Assembly (NCBI RefSeq): GCF_000485595.1 | Contig: NW_014577163.1 | Span: forward strand, 313,156 to 327,495 | DNA: 14,340 nt | Direction: 5' to 3' | Source: Priapulus caudatus | Taxonomy: Eukaryota | Part shown: positions 1-8,565 of the stretch, piece by piece | How positions within the stretch are numbered: position 1 is the first letter of the stretch | Layout: each line of letters begins with the position of its first letter | The notes under the pieces: model-generated | Seen by the model: the letters and a program-made list of their open reading frames with translations, nothing else | Told to the model about the DNA's origin: nothing | Database searches by the model: none | Translations under genes and position numbers: made by a program

Positions 1-34
1 GAGACATGGGCAGACATTGGAGACATGGGCAGAC
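1..34. repeat. 15-bp direct repeat x2 (gagacatgggcagac, attg spacer)
   Basis: Positions 1-15 and 20-34 are identical. Confidence 0.9.
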
Positions 35-83
35 CTAAATCATTTCAATTACTGCAGGGGCGTGTACAGGGGGGGAGGGGTCC

Positions 84-101
84 AGGGGGTCCGGACCCCC
101 T
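84..101. repeat. 18-bp perfect palindrome agggggtccggaccccct inside a G/C-homopolymer block (61-110)
   Basis: The sequence equals its own reverse complement. Flanks (gggggggagggg / ccctccc) are roughly complementary too. Confidence 0.9.
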
Positions 102-143
102 CCCTGCTCGCGCAGAAAACGCATCTGAGGGGGTCTAATTTCA

Positions 144-186
144 AAAAAATTCGGGGGGAGGGCCCCCCAGACCCCCCCTTCGCGTG
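144..186. repeat. A7-TTC-G6AGGG-C6-AGAC7 motif; second copy at 1484-1517
   Basis: aaaaaaattcggggggagggccccccagaccccccc (144-186) versus aaaaaaaattcagggggagcatgcccccggacccccc (1484-1517). The two share order and homopolymer runs 1.3 kb apart. Confidence 0.7.
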
Positions 187-286
187 ATCATCCCCCCCAC
201 TCCTCGGTACGGATTTACGCCCCTGGTTTGTGGGTCTGTGGGGATGTGTACAGCCTAACTGGAAATGTTATGGACGGATTGTCATA

Positions 287-710
287 AAATTTTCAGGATA
301 CGTCAGAAATGGGCTAACTTAGAATTGATGAGATTTTGGCGGTGATCCGGATCCAATTAATTCATTAATTAATTCATTAATTAATAAAATTTTCAGGATA
401 GGTCAGAAATGGGGTAACTTAGAATTGATTACATTTTGGTGATGATCCCGATCCAATTAATCAAATTTTCAGGATAGGTCAGAAATGGGGTAACTTAGAA
501 TTGATTACATTTTGGTGGTGATCCGGAGCCAATTAATTAATTAACTAATTAATTAATTAATAAAATTTTCAAGATAGGTCAGAAATGGGGTAACTTAGAA
601 TTGATTACATTTTGGTGGTGATCCGGATCCAATTAATTATTTAATTAATTAATTAATTAATTAATTTTTTCACTTAATTAATTAATTAATTAATAAAAAT
701 TTTTACAGTG
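287..710. repeat. Minisatellite: 4 tandem copies of a ~75-bp unit (aaattttcaggataggtcagaaatggggtaacttagaattgattacattttggtggtgatccggatccaattaa) separated by (TTAA/AATTAATT)n spacers
   Basis: Unit copies start at about 287, 386, 463 and 563 with over 90% identity. Spacers are pure ttaattaa runs of growing length. Confidence 0.9.
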
Positions 711-1091
711 AGAGAATTCAGCTGCCTTGGCGGAGGTCTGCGCTCTCCGAGTGCTCTAGTTTTGTTTTATTATACTTTTAATGTGGGGTTTTTGGGTGAG
801 AAATTGTTATTTGTGTAATGTTATATGTGATAAATCGAATGATATATGCAGGGATGAAATTCTTCCGCGGATCCGCAGAAATCCGCGGATTTGACAGTCC
901 CAGGGGTCGATTTTGTGAAACGTCTAAATTCGTTGAGAAAATTGGGAGGGGGGTAACAATGTAACAATTTAAATTATATACCCTCAACAGCACCTGACTG
1001 TAGACTGTAGAGTGTAGACAGTAGTAGGCTGACAGCGAAGTATACAGTGTATCTGTTTTTGCGTACCAGAAAAGAAAATCCTCGTTCACAG

Positions 1092-1130
1092 GCTGCAGTA
1101 GAGGGGCAGACATTTGAGATAGCTGATCAC
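1092..1130 (+). CDS. MVP: Possible MVP micro-exon (AAVEGQTFEIADH), speculative
   Basis: Acceptor ttcacAG at 1090-1091 and donor GTAACG at 1131. The translation TFEIADH resembles the human MVP segment TIETADH just upstream of the region encoded by the next exon. No following exon encoding the expected ~10 residues was found, so this is weak. Confidence 0.2.
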
Positions 1131-1600
1131 GTAACGACCATGCCTGGCCTGGGGGCCGGGTTTACATGTTGCTGCGTTCATGTTGTGTGCATGACTATGC
1201 ACTGATTCTTCCATTCGCATTGTGTTTTTTTCATTCAAATCTGGTCGCAGCAAGGCAGCTTATGTCTGAGTAAAACAATGCAAGTGACGGGTGGAAACAG
1301 AAAAATATCATTATGTCTAGACATTTAATCAAAAAACTTGCCCTATTTTCAGCCCCCTCATTTCCTATTATAGTTCGTTTGTTCCTTTTGACAACTTGAA
1401 AAGGTGATTCAAGAGTCTCCTATAATTTGTTCAGAATAGCTTAGAATGCACCAAATTGCACCATTCTTTTAAAAAAAATTCAGGGGGAGCATGCCCCCGG
1501 ACCCCCCTAGCATGGCCATGACCTACGGTCCTCGCATTGCTCGCTCCTTTGTTTGCTAATTAAAATTTCAGCTGAAAATTAAATTATCCAATCTCATCCC

Positions 1601-1640
1601 TGTATATGTGATAAATCTAATGCTATATGTGATAAAGTCA
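1601..1640. repeat. Repeated motif atgtgataaatc-aatg-tatatg (also at 826-847)
   Basis: tatatgtgataaatctaatgctatatgtgataaagtc carries two copies. 826-847 (atatgtgataaatcgaatgatatatgc) carries a third. Confidence 0.6.
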
Positions 1641-1909
1641 ACCATAAAACAAAAATTATGAAACATAAAACATGCCATACTAATGCGTAACTTTTAGACT
1701 GCATTCGATTGCTTGAAAGCAAGTGATATGACGTGCAGTTTAATGAGAGGATGGTGTGATTAGTAGATCTTTTTTTATAATTATAAAAACAGGATTATTA
1801 TTTTAATTAAATATTATAATTATAAGAATTAATGTAGTGCCTGTAGTCTGATGAGGCGAGCGGAACACGCCACCTTACCATCATGCCTTCACCCGTTCTT
1901 GCCCCGCAG

Positions 1910-2048
1910 GCATTTTGATCTTCCGGAGGAGGAGACCCAGAAGAGCCGGCTGTTCAGTGTCGCAGATTTTGTCGGCGATGCCTGCAAAGTGATCGCTTCA
2001 CGCATCCGCGGTTCCGTCATCAGCATTCCGTTCGACGACTTTCACAAG
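1910..2048 (+). CDS. MVP: Major vault protein exon (…[46 protein letters not shown])
   Basis: Acceptor ccccgcAG at 1908-1909 and donor GTGAGA at 2049. The translation aligns to human MVP …[48 protein letters not shown] (alignment recalled from memory). The ORF upstream of 1910 loses all similarity, which marks the exon boundary. The exon enters in phase 2. Confidence 0.85.
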
Positions 2049-2433
2049 GTGAGAGACGAGTGTGTGTATGAAACAGCATCGCCCATCAGCATGTCGTAAT
2101 CACGCACAAACGTTGAATGACATTCGTGGCGGTCAACGTGCGTGCATGTAAGGATGAGCTTGTTAAGACCTGTTTTGCTTAGTATTCTTAAAGCGTTGGC
2201 CACCGGCTGGATGTGTGTGTGCATGTGCATGTGAGCCACTGTCCTTAGCTACTATACTTCTTTCATTCGTGTTCCTTCTTTATCTTCTTTAAGTCTTTGT
2301 GGAATTCAAATTTGTAATGACAATTCTCAAACCTAAAATGCAACGTCATTTTACTGCATAATAGTAATTTTTCGTTTAACGTGAACGTCACGTGTCATCT
2401 GCATTAACTCTCACTTGCGCCATCTTTTGGCAG

Positions 2434-2645
2434 AATTCGGCGAAGATCATCCGCGTAGCGGTGTTCGGCATGGATGCTGAGATGAATGTGCGCAAGCACC
2501 TGTGTTTTGAGCAGAACTCCCTGTTCATCACAAGTGTAGACATCCAATCTGTGCAGCCCCTCGACCAGTGTATACGCGATTCACTCATGAAGTCTGAGCA
2601 GCTAGCGATAGAAATCACCACCAGCTCGCAGGAGGCAGCAGCCAG
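2434..2645 (+). CDS. MVP: Major vault protein exon ([12 protein letters not shown]…[37 protein letters not shown])
   Basis: Acceptor ttttggcAG at 2432-2433 joins in frame to the previous exon (phase 0). Donor GTCAGG at 2646. It aligns to human NSARIIRTAVFG…[37 protein letters not shown]. The six-frame ORF runs on into the intron, losing similarity and turning low-complexity. Confidence 0.85.
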
Positions 2646-3003
2646 GTCAGGAGCGACAACACGTGCTCACCTCGTGATTTGGCACGCTGTCCATCTGCTC
2701 ACTTTCTTCTACGTCAGTTCCGACCATACCCTCGCTGGTTTGCCTGTTCACTCATTTGCTCATTCACTCATTCGCTCCCTCGCTCGTCTGCATTTCACTA
2801 ATTTATTCGTATCCTTCCTTATTTGTTTAATCACTCGTTGATTAGTCTGCTCGATGTTTTGTAGTCTTACACATTTGCTAATTTGTTTGTTTTCTCCCTT
2901 ACTTTATTGTAAGGATTTAAGGAATGTAATTCAGCATGACTGCTCATGTTGAATTATTGAGATATAAGAGATGTGATAATGAAGAGGGTTTACCTCATTG
3001 CAG

Positions 3004-3112
3004 GCATGAGGCACAGCGTCTAGAGCAGCAAGCAAAGGGCAAGCTCGAGAGACAGAAGATCATGGACGAGGCAGAGGCAGAGAAGTCGAGGCGAAACCTG
3101 CTGGAACTACAG
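3004..3112 (+). CDS. MVP: Major vault protein exon ((R)[36 protein letters not shown])
   Basis: Acceptor cattgcAG at 3002-3003. The split codon ag|g gives R, matching human K at that position. Donor GTGAGC at 3113. It aligns to human [37 protein letters not shown]. Confidence 0.85.
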
Positions 3113-3410
3113 GTGAGCTCACTGCTTGTATTCCCTCCTACGTTTCTGATGTCCCATCTGTACAGACTTGTCACTCTGTAAACCCAACAAATTGGCTCAA
3201 TATCTGCTGATTCCCTGTGGATTCGAACAAGTGGGGTCCAAAGAGAGAAAGATACACTGGGTGTAACACTGAGAAGTGTCAGTGTAACTCAATCTATGAG
3301 TGATGTCTCGAGGGTTGTCAGTCTGTTACTCCTGTATTGTAATCTCATGAAATCTCGTCCAATAATTGCTGCGTATGTGTGTGACATCCCTGTACTTTTA
3401 CCTCTCATAG

Positions 3411-3530
3411 GCAGTCAGTGCAGCAATTGAGAGAACCGGCCAGGCGCAGGGTCGTGCAGAAGCTGAGAAGATTGGGGAAGCTGCAGTACAGCAGGCGAGA
3501 CTGAAGGCTGAAGCCATATCAATAGAGGCC
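3411..3530 (+). CDS. MVP: Major vault protein exon (AVSAAIERTGQAQGRAEAEKIGEAAVQQARLKAEAISIEA), cap-helix coiled coil
   Basis: Acceptor ctcatAG at 3409-3410 and consensus donor GTAAGT at 3531. It is 120 nt in phase 0 and aligns to human [47 protein letters not shown]. Confidence 0.8.
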
Positions 3531-3738
3531 GTAAGTAAACTCACTAGTGTACACCTGCGATGTTCTTAATGCCTTGCGTTAATGTAATAATGTATCAGTG
3601 TATATCTATTATAGCCAGCTTGCATTTCTCTTTTCAAATAATTGTGCGGAACGTAACTGGGTTCGCAAGGTTAAATGGGTACACTCTGCCGGTCGTACAA
3701 ACTCGTGTTTTTTTCTGGTGTTTAAACATGCACTGTAG

Positions 3739-3864
3739 ACATCAGAGCTGCAGCGTCTACAGAACGCCAGACAAGCTGAGGTCCATTATGTTCGTGAGCA
3801 GAACGCTCTTGAGGTGGAGAAGAGCCGCATTCATAGCAACATCAAAGTGGAGGAGTTTAAATAG
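3739..3864 (+). CDS. MVP: Major vault protein last recognisable exon (TSELQRLQNARQAEVHYVREQNALEVEKSRIHSNIKVEEFK*), in-frame TAG at 3862-3864
   Basis: Acceptor cactgtAG at 3737-3738. It aligns to human [39 protein letters not shown]. The stop comes directly after the VEEFK/VKKFK position, and no strong donor precedes it. Confidence 0.7.
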   Translation, partial: TSELQRLQNARQAEVHYVREQNALEVEKSRIHSNIKVEEFK

Positions 3865-4078
3865 ACATTTTTTCAGAGCAACATCAAACAAACAGAGAAA
3901 AAGAAACAAAAGGTGGACGACGACGAATCGGCCTGCGAGTAATTAAGGACGTGAAGAGAATGTGTGGTCTATGCCCTCGATGGCTCTTGGTCTGTAGTCG
4001 TTATGGCATTCAGAGTGGAAGGATTGGTTGGAAGGGCTTCACAGAAAATAATGTGTTAGATAAGAGAATGCATTACAT

Positions 4079-4196
4079 GGGGGATGTCGTACAAGAAAGA
4101 AGACTGTGTCACGTGAGGAAATTTGTAAGATGAGGGGATGTCACAGGAAGGATTGGACACACACAAGAAAGTGTCACATGAAGGAATGTATCAGAT
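4079..4196. repeat. Tandem duplication of a ~55-60-bp unit in the MVP 3' flank
   Basis: gggggatgtcgtacaagaaagaagactgtgtcacgtgaggaaatttgtaagat and gaggggatgtcacagg…caagaaagtgtcacatgaaggaatgtatcagat share a gggatgtc…aagaaag…gtgtcac.tga.ggaa.tgta.gat skeleton. ggaaggattgg also occurs twice (4017, 4146). Confidence 0.55.
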
Positions 4197-4572
4197 AATT
4201 ATATATAAGTGATTGTACTGGTAAGATATTACTATATTTTCCAATGGTCTGGAGTTTATGGGTTTTTCTTACTGATGATTAAGTTTCGCCACTGATGATT
4301 TTTTCTGTCACTGCTTGAAAGGAAGCTGCCTGGTTAGCATTTAGTCAGCATATATACTAATCGTATATATGAGCAAATTTGTGTACCTATCAACATAAAA
4401 CTACAAACAACAAATTAGTATACTGCAAATTCATTTACTTTCTCTTAAAGTTTATACTGAATAGAACTGATTATGATCAATGATTTCTTTGGAGTAGGTA
4501 GCAGGTTCTCCGAGACACATGTAAGATGTAGGTATTAGAAACGTGTATGTGGAACAGACTATAGTGTATCCA

Positions 4573-4767
4573 GGCAAAAACTATCCCATTATTTGACAAA
4601 TACTAGCATATTATTTGGCAATACAAATATTACCATACAATATACAATATACAATATATACAATATACAATATACAATATATACAATATACAATATTACA
4701 TTACAATATACAATACAAATATTGTTTGGCGAAAACTATCCCATTATTTGACAAATACTAGCATATT
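4573..4767. repeat. 40-bp direct repeats (ggc[a/g]aaaactatcccattatttgacaaatactagcatatt) flanking a (TACAATATA)n minisatellite
   Basis: DR copies at 4573-4612 and 4728-4767 differ at one position. Between them lie about 12 copies of tacaatata. Confidence 0.85.
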
Positions 4768-5295
4768 GCAGACGAGAGCCGGCCCTTTTGTTTAGCAGGA
4801 AGTGGCCCTTTGTTCATTCTGATTCAAAGTTCTGTTGTTTCGAAGAGTGTAGCCGATTGTATAGGTGGGCAGATCATTTTTGCTCACCAGTCGATTGTCA
4901 GTGCACCGATGTGGGCGGGCACTTATAGTAATCGTGTGTGACATAGATGTTTCACTATCGATTGAAGTTGTTGAGGTGTTGTCACACTGTTCTAGATGTC
5001 GCGTGTGTGAGGGAATAATAACTGGAATTAAGAGGTCAGCTGTAAAATGTTTCATTCGTGTTCAGAAGCCACAGCTTTCGTGATGCCTCGTGTACACGCA
5101 CGATTTTCGGTCACGCAACTACAATGTCAATGATTCGTAATTTACTTTTACCATTCAATACAAATTATGGAGAATATATTCATATATAATAAATAAAATA
5201 TTAAACAGCATATCTAACTGAAGTTTTTTAAATGAAAGAAAACATTCTGTATATATATAAGCAACATTTTCTGTATGCTATTAAGATGCTTTGTA

Positions 5296-5420
5296 ATATA
5301 TAATTAACGACATGCGTAACGACACATATATGACGTATATGCATATACATCATACGCACGAACAATACGCACATACACGCACACACATACAAACACGCGC
5401 GCACGCATCCATGCACGCAC
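5296..5420. repeat. Alternating purine/pyrimidine (ACGCAC / CA-rich) low-complexity tract
   Basis: Runs of acgcac, acacgc and cgcgcgc. This is Z-DNA-prone sequence. Confidence 0.7.
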
Positions 5421-5744
5421 AAATTGCGCCACTGCCACGATAGGCTTTTACACAATCATCGTTATATGTCCATTTCCTTATTTTCTATGACACGGCGCAT
5501 GTAGGTGCAATCACTTTATATTTTCAGCTGATCATACATACTTATGCCACGTCAGCGTCATTTTTCTGATATACACCCAGAGAACAGCGATAAGTATAAT
5601 GAAATGTTAATATTTTAAAAGCAGCCCACGTATAGAGTGGGTATTCTATTCACGACGGCAGGATGTGACCAGCCTTCATTCATAAAATCGCGTGCCTCGC
5701 TGGCATACATATTTCGTAGTTTCTTAAGTTATGAATGCTTACAT

Positions 5745-5890
5745 GTAAGCACGCGTGTAAGCACGCGTGTACATGAACGCACGCGCGTACACACGATGGT
5801 CACACACCTGCACATCCTTAGCTGCGGCTTAGCAGACACGCACGCGCGCGTGTATGCACGCACGCACGCACGTACACGTGCACAAATGAA
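5745..5890. repeat. Alternating purine/pyrimidine (GCACGC/GTGT) low-complexity tract with an internal 16-bp tandem (gtaagcacgcgtgtaa x2)
   Basis: Read from the sequence. The ORF at 5637-5966 is a translation of this tract. Confidence 0.7.
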
Positions 5891-6059
5891 GCCTAGCTAT
5901 GTCTCAAGTTATCTTCTTACCCTAGGAACCGAAAATCGAATCGAGGCCGCAAGCCGTTCCTCATAGTTTATTTACAGATTGCATTTAACACCCGCTACGT
6001 CGAATTTGATTCGGTGTAGAGTCAGTCCTGTCGCGCAATCACACACAGCAAACGCTGTA

Positions 6060-6250
6060 ATGCCAATGTAATGCTATAACTAAGGGCACGCGAGCGCGTA
6101 CGAGTGGCGTGTGAGCAGGTGCAGCTGTGCCTGCATGTGCGCGTGTGCATTCGTTTACATGTTTGCGCGTGTATATACAAGCGTAGTAATGAGTGTGTGT
6201 GCGCATACACGCATGTGTGTACGCGCGTGTACATGTGTGGTGCTTCAAAC
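6060..6250. repeat. GT/GC-rich alternating purine/pyrimidine tract (opposite polarity to the 5296-5890 tracts)
   Basis: Motifs gtgtgcgc, gcgtgtac and gcatgtgt. Two overlapping minus-strand ORFs are artefacts of this tract. Confidence 0.7.
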
Positions 6251-6845
6251 CGCATATAATCATATATACTAGAATGTAGTTTCTGAACAGTGTATGAGCA
6301 CGTGTTTACTTGAGGATTGTACGCACGAGTACTTATCACACATCTCTTGGCTCCCATTCCCACCGTCACGCAGTTAAACTGAATATCGTTAGCATGCAGG
6401 CCAACGACTTAAAGTGATTACGTCACCGAAAATAGTAAAAGTAAAAATGTCTACTTTTTCTCAAAATGCAAGCGATTACATTGTACAATCTTATCAGGTA
6501 AAAATTCGAGGATAAATTTAGCGCCGTTAGTACTTACTTTTCCTGTAAAAAATTGCAACAAACATTTTACAAATGTACACCATAGAAAATTCGTGACGTA
6601 GTCAATTTAAAGCTGGGAAAATCTATGATCAAAACGGATTTAGATCATCAACACGAATGACATGAATTATCAAGTAAATAAACGATGACATATTGTACAC
6701 ACATGTTACAATATTCAATGTTACGCCGGTGTACATCTTCTGGTTTCATCTGTACACTAGCTCTAGATTAATTCGCAGAAAATGAGCGCACATTGACATC
6801 ACATATGCGGCTTTCCCCCATTACATGGCTCAGCGCGCTCTCTTT

Positions 6846-6861
6846 GTATATATGTCCCGTG

Positions 6862-6940
<79 letters not shown>

Positions 6941-7052
6941 TCTCTCTCTCTCTCTTCTCTCTCTTCTCTCTCTTCTCTCTCTCTCTCTCTCATCTCTCTA
7001 TCTCGCTCTTTCTCTCTCTCTCATCTCTCTATCTCGCTCTTTCTCTCTCTAG
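6846..7052. repeat. (CT)n microsatellite, over 80 units with interruptions
   Basis: The sequence is ctctctct… throughout. The SLSLSL and RERERE ORFs are its translations. Confidence 0.95.
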
Positions 7053-7254
7053 CATCCGTCGGGGGTGCGGATGTTTCACTATGCATGGCACTGCTCCCTT
7101 CTCATTTTCGCTCGTTCTCTCGCTTTCTCTCGCGCTCTCTCCGCTTTACCCTCGTTTCCTTCTCCATGTCTCTCATTCTAGCTCTCTTGCTCTGTTCTGT
7201 CCTATCTCCCACCTTCAGTCCCCACTCCTTTCTGTTCCTTTTGCTCTCACGACT

Positions 7255-7255
7255 T

Positions 7256-7307
<52 letters not shown>

Positions 7308-7320
7308 TCTCTCTCTCTTT
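7255..7320. repeat. (CT)n microsatellite, second block
   Basis: Runs of ctctctct… read directly from the sequence. Confidence 0.95.
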
Positions 7321-7439
7321 ATTTATCCTTTTATTTGTTGTGTCGCTCCGCACATTCGAGCAGAGTAACTTTCCCCCGGGCGTAGATTGAGGGTGCCGCT
7401 ACGTGGCAGCACCAGTGTTAAGATTAAGTAAGATCAGTT

Positions 7440-7500
7440 AGTGTTAAGATTAGTGTTAGTATTAAGGGTTAGGGTTAGGGAAATAAGGGTATAATAATAT
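7440..7500. repeat. Degenerate telomere-like repeats (gttaag/ttaggg), with an exact (TTAGGG)2 at 7469-7480
   Basis: gtgttaagattagtgttagtattaagggttagggttagggaaataagggtataataatataggg. Confidence 0.75.
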
Positions 7501-7912
7501 AGGGAAATTATTATAAACGCCTTGTGCAGTGACGTCATAAGACGTGATCACGTGCCCTCGATCTACGCCCGAGGGAAAGTGACACCCAGTAACACGCTGT
7601 AACCACTACATGCACATCTTGATGCACATACATATGTAACGACATGATGCCGTATAGTACATAGCTGCGGTTAGTAGTCAATACATGGGGTGAACGCACA
7701 TGCGGCTAGTAGCCAGTACACAGTACACATGGCGACGAACGCGCGCGCTATGTGTAAACATCTCACGAACGGACATGCTGTATGCTTTAACATCTTGCTA
7801 TCTATTCGCCGGATTGCTGCAGACAACGGCAACCGCCATGTTGGAGGCCATGTCTGGCACGAGTACGCGTGACCTACCTACGTCACGTGATGCGTCACGG
7901 TGTATGTTTCAG

Positions 7913-8112
7913 GCAGCCGGCTGAAAGGGGTGGTAGGATATGTTTACTAAGCACTTCTAATTTTAACATATATTTTAAATTTAATTAGGGTCAGGGTTAG
8001 GGTTAGGGCACTTTTTAGGGGTTTTTGCATCATTCTTTAATATATCGTAAAATATATGTTAAAATTAGAAGTGCCTAGTAAACATATCCTATCACCCCTT
8101 TCAGCCGGCTGC
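7913..8112. repeat. 200-bp foldback: ~65-bp inverted-repeat arms with a loop carrying ttagggtcagggttagggttaggg
   Basis: Left arm 7913-7977 (gcagccggctgaaaggggtggtaggatatgtttactaagcacttctaattttaacatatatttta). The reverse complement of right arm 8049-8112 differs at about 3 positions. The loop 7978-8048 holds TTAGGG-type repeats. Confidence 0.85.
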
Positions 8113-8224
8113 ATGTTTCGGTCGAGGTACGTCACTTGACACAACATCCGCGCTTGCTTACCGCATGCAGTTATCTACCCAAACATCGCCGCACACTCAC
8201 CTCAACCCCTTACACGCCCGCCAC

Positions 8225-8290
8225 CCGCTGACGGGGGAGTGGGAAGGTAGGAGGGTAGGGGGTGTAGGAGGGTAGAATGGTAAGAGGGGC
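8225..8290. repeat. G-rich (GGGTAGGAG-like) tract on the + strand, G-quadruplex-capable
   Basis: gggggagtgggaaggtaggagggtagggggtgtaggagggtagaatggtaagagggg. It lies directly 3' of the minus-strand tRNA-like unit and may be the body of the same SINE-like element. Confidence 0.5.
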
Positions 8291-8340
8291 TCATCGTCGA
8301 GAAACAGCAGCAGCATTATTGTGTGAAACGGTAAAACTTT

Positions 8341-8435
8341 ATGCTCCGCCCGAGAGGGATTCGAACCACCCGGCTCCACCTCTCCAGCGGGTTTTCCGAA
8401 GGCGTCCAGAGGCTTCACCATTCAGTAAAATGGCG
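8341..8435 (-). ncRNA. tRNA-derived pol III unit (degenerate tRNA or SINE head) with a perfect B-box GGTTCGAATCC
   Basis: Minus strand reads …ggtggagccgggtggttcgaatccctctcgggcggagca then ataaagTTTT (terminator at + 8333-8336). An exact 11-mer B-box is unlikely by chance in 14 kb. I could not fold a canonical cloverleaf; the T-stem ggtgg/ccctc has a mismatch and no acceptor partner was found. Confidence 0.45.
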
Positions 8436-8483
8436 CGATTGCTTTACCTCACACTGCAATGCTACCGACGGACGAGGTAAGGC

Positions 8484-8491
8484 AAAAAAAA
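8484..8491 (-). terminator. Pol III terminator T8 (A8 on the + strand)
   Basis: It immediately follows the 3' end of the upstream tRNA-like unit on the minus strand (…gaggtcgaatcgcaca-TTTTTTTT). Confidence 0.5.
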
Positions 8492-8565
8492 TGTGCGATT
8501 CGACCTCTCGAGTTCCCGTCTTCCAGTCTACCAGTCGTGCGCTACCCGTGTAGCCTCAGGCACTT
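8492..8565 (-). ncRNA. Second tRNA-like pol III unit (B-box variant GGTCGAATC) ending in T8
   Basis: Minus strand reads gcctgaggctacacgggtagcgcacgactggtagactggaagacgggaactcgagaggtcgaatcgcaca + T8. It shares gag.gg…ggtcgaatc with the unit at 8341-8435. No canonical acceptor or D-stem pairing is present. Confidence 0.35.

Noticed and set aside
2392-2841. 149-aa ORF on the + strand
   Set aside because: Only the portion 2434-2645 is MVP exon. Upstream of the AG at 2433 and downstream of the GT at 2646 the translation becomes non-homologous and low-complexity (intronic, CT-rich).
6793-7390. Long ORFs translating to SLSLSL… / RERERE… / FSLSLS… (191 aa, 101 aa, 75 aa, 64 aa)
   Set aside because: These are pure (CT)n/(GA)n microsatellite read in several frames and strands. 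There are no splice signals, no complexity and no homology.
8341-8435. Calling the B-box unit a functional tRNA gene (for example tRNA-Sec-like)
   Set aside because: I could not find a 5' acceptor strand complementary to the 3' end, nor a D-arm. The T-stem has a mismatch. It is kept as tRNA-derived or SINE-like only.
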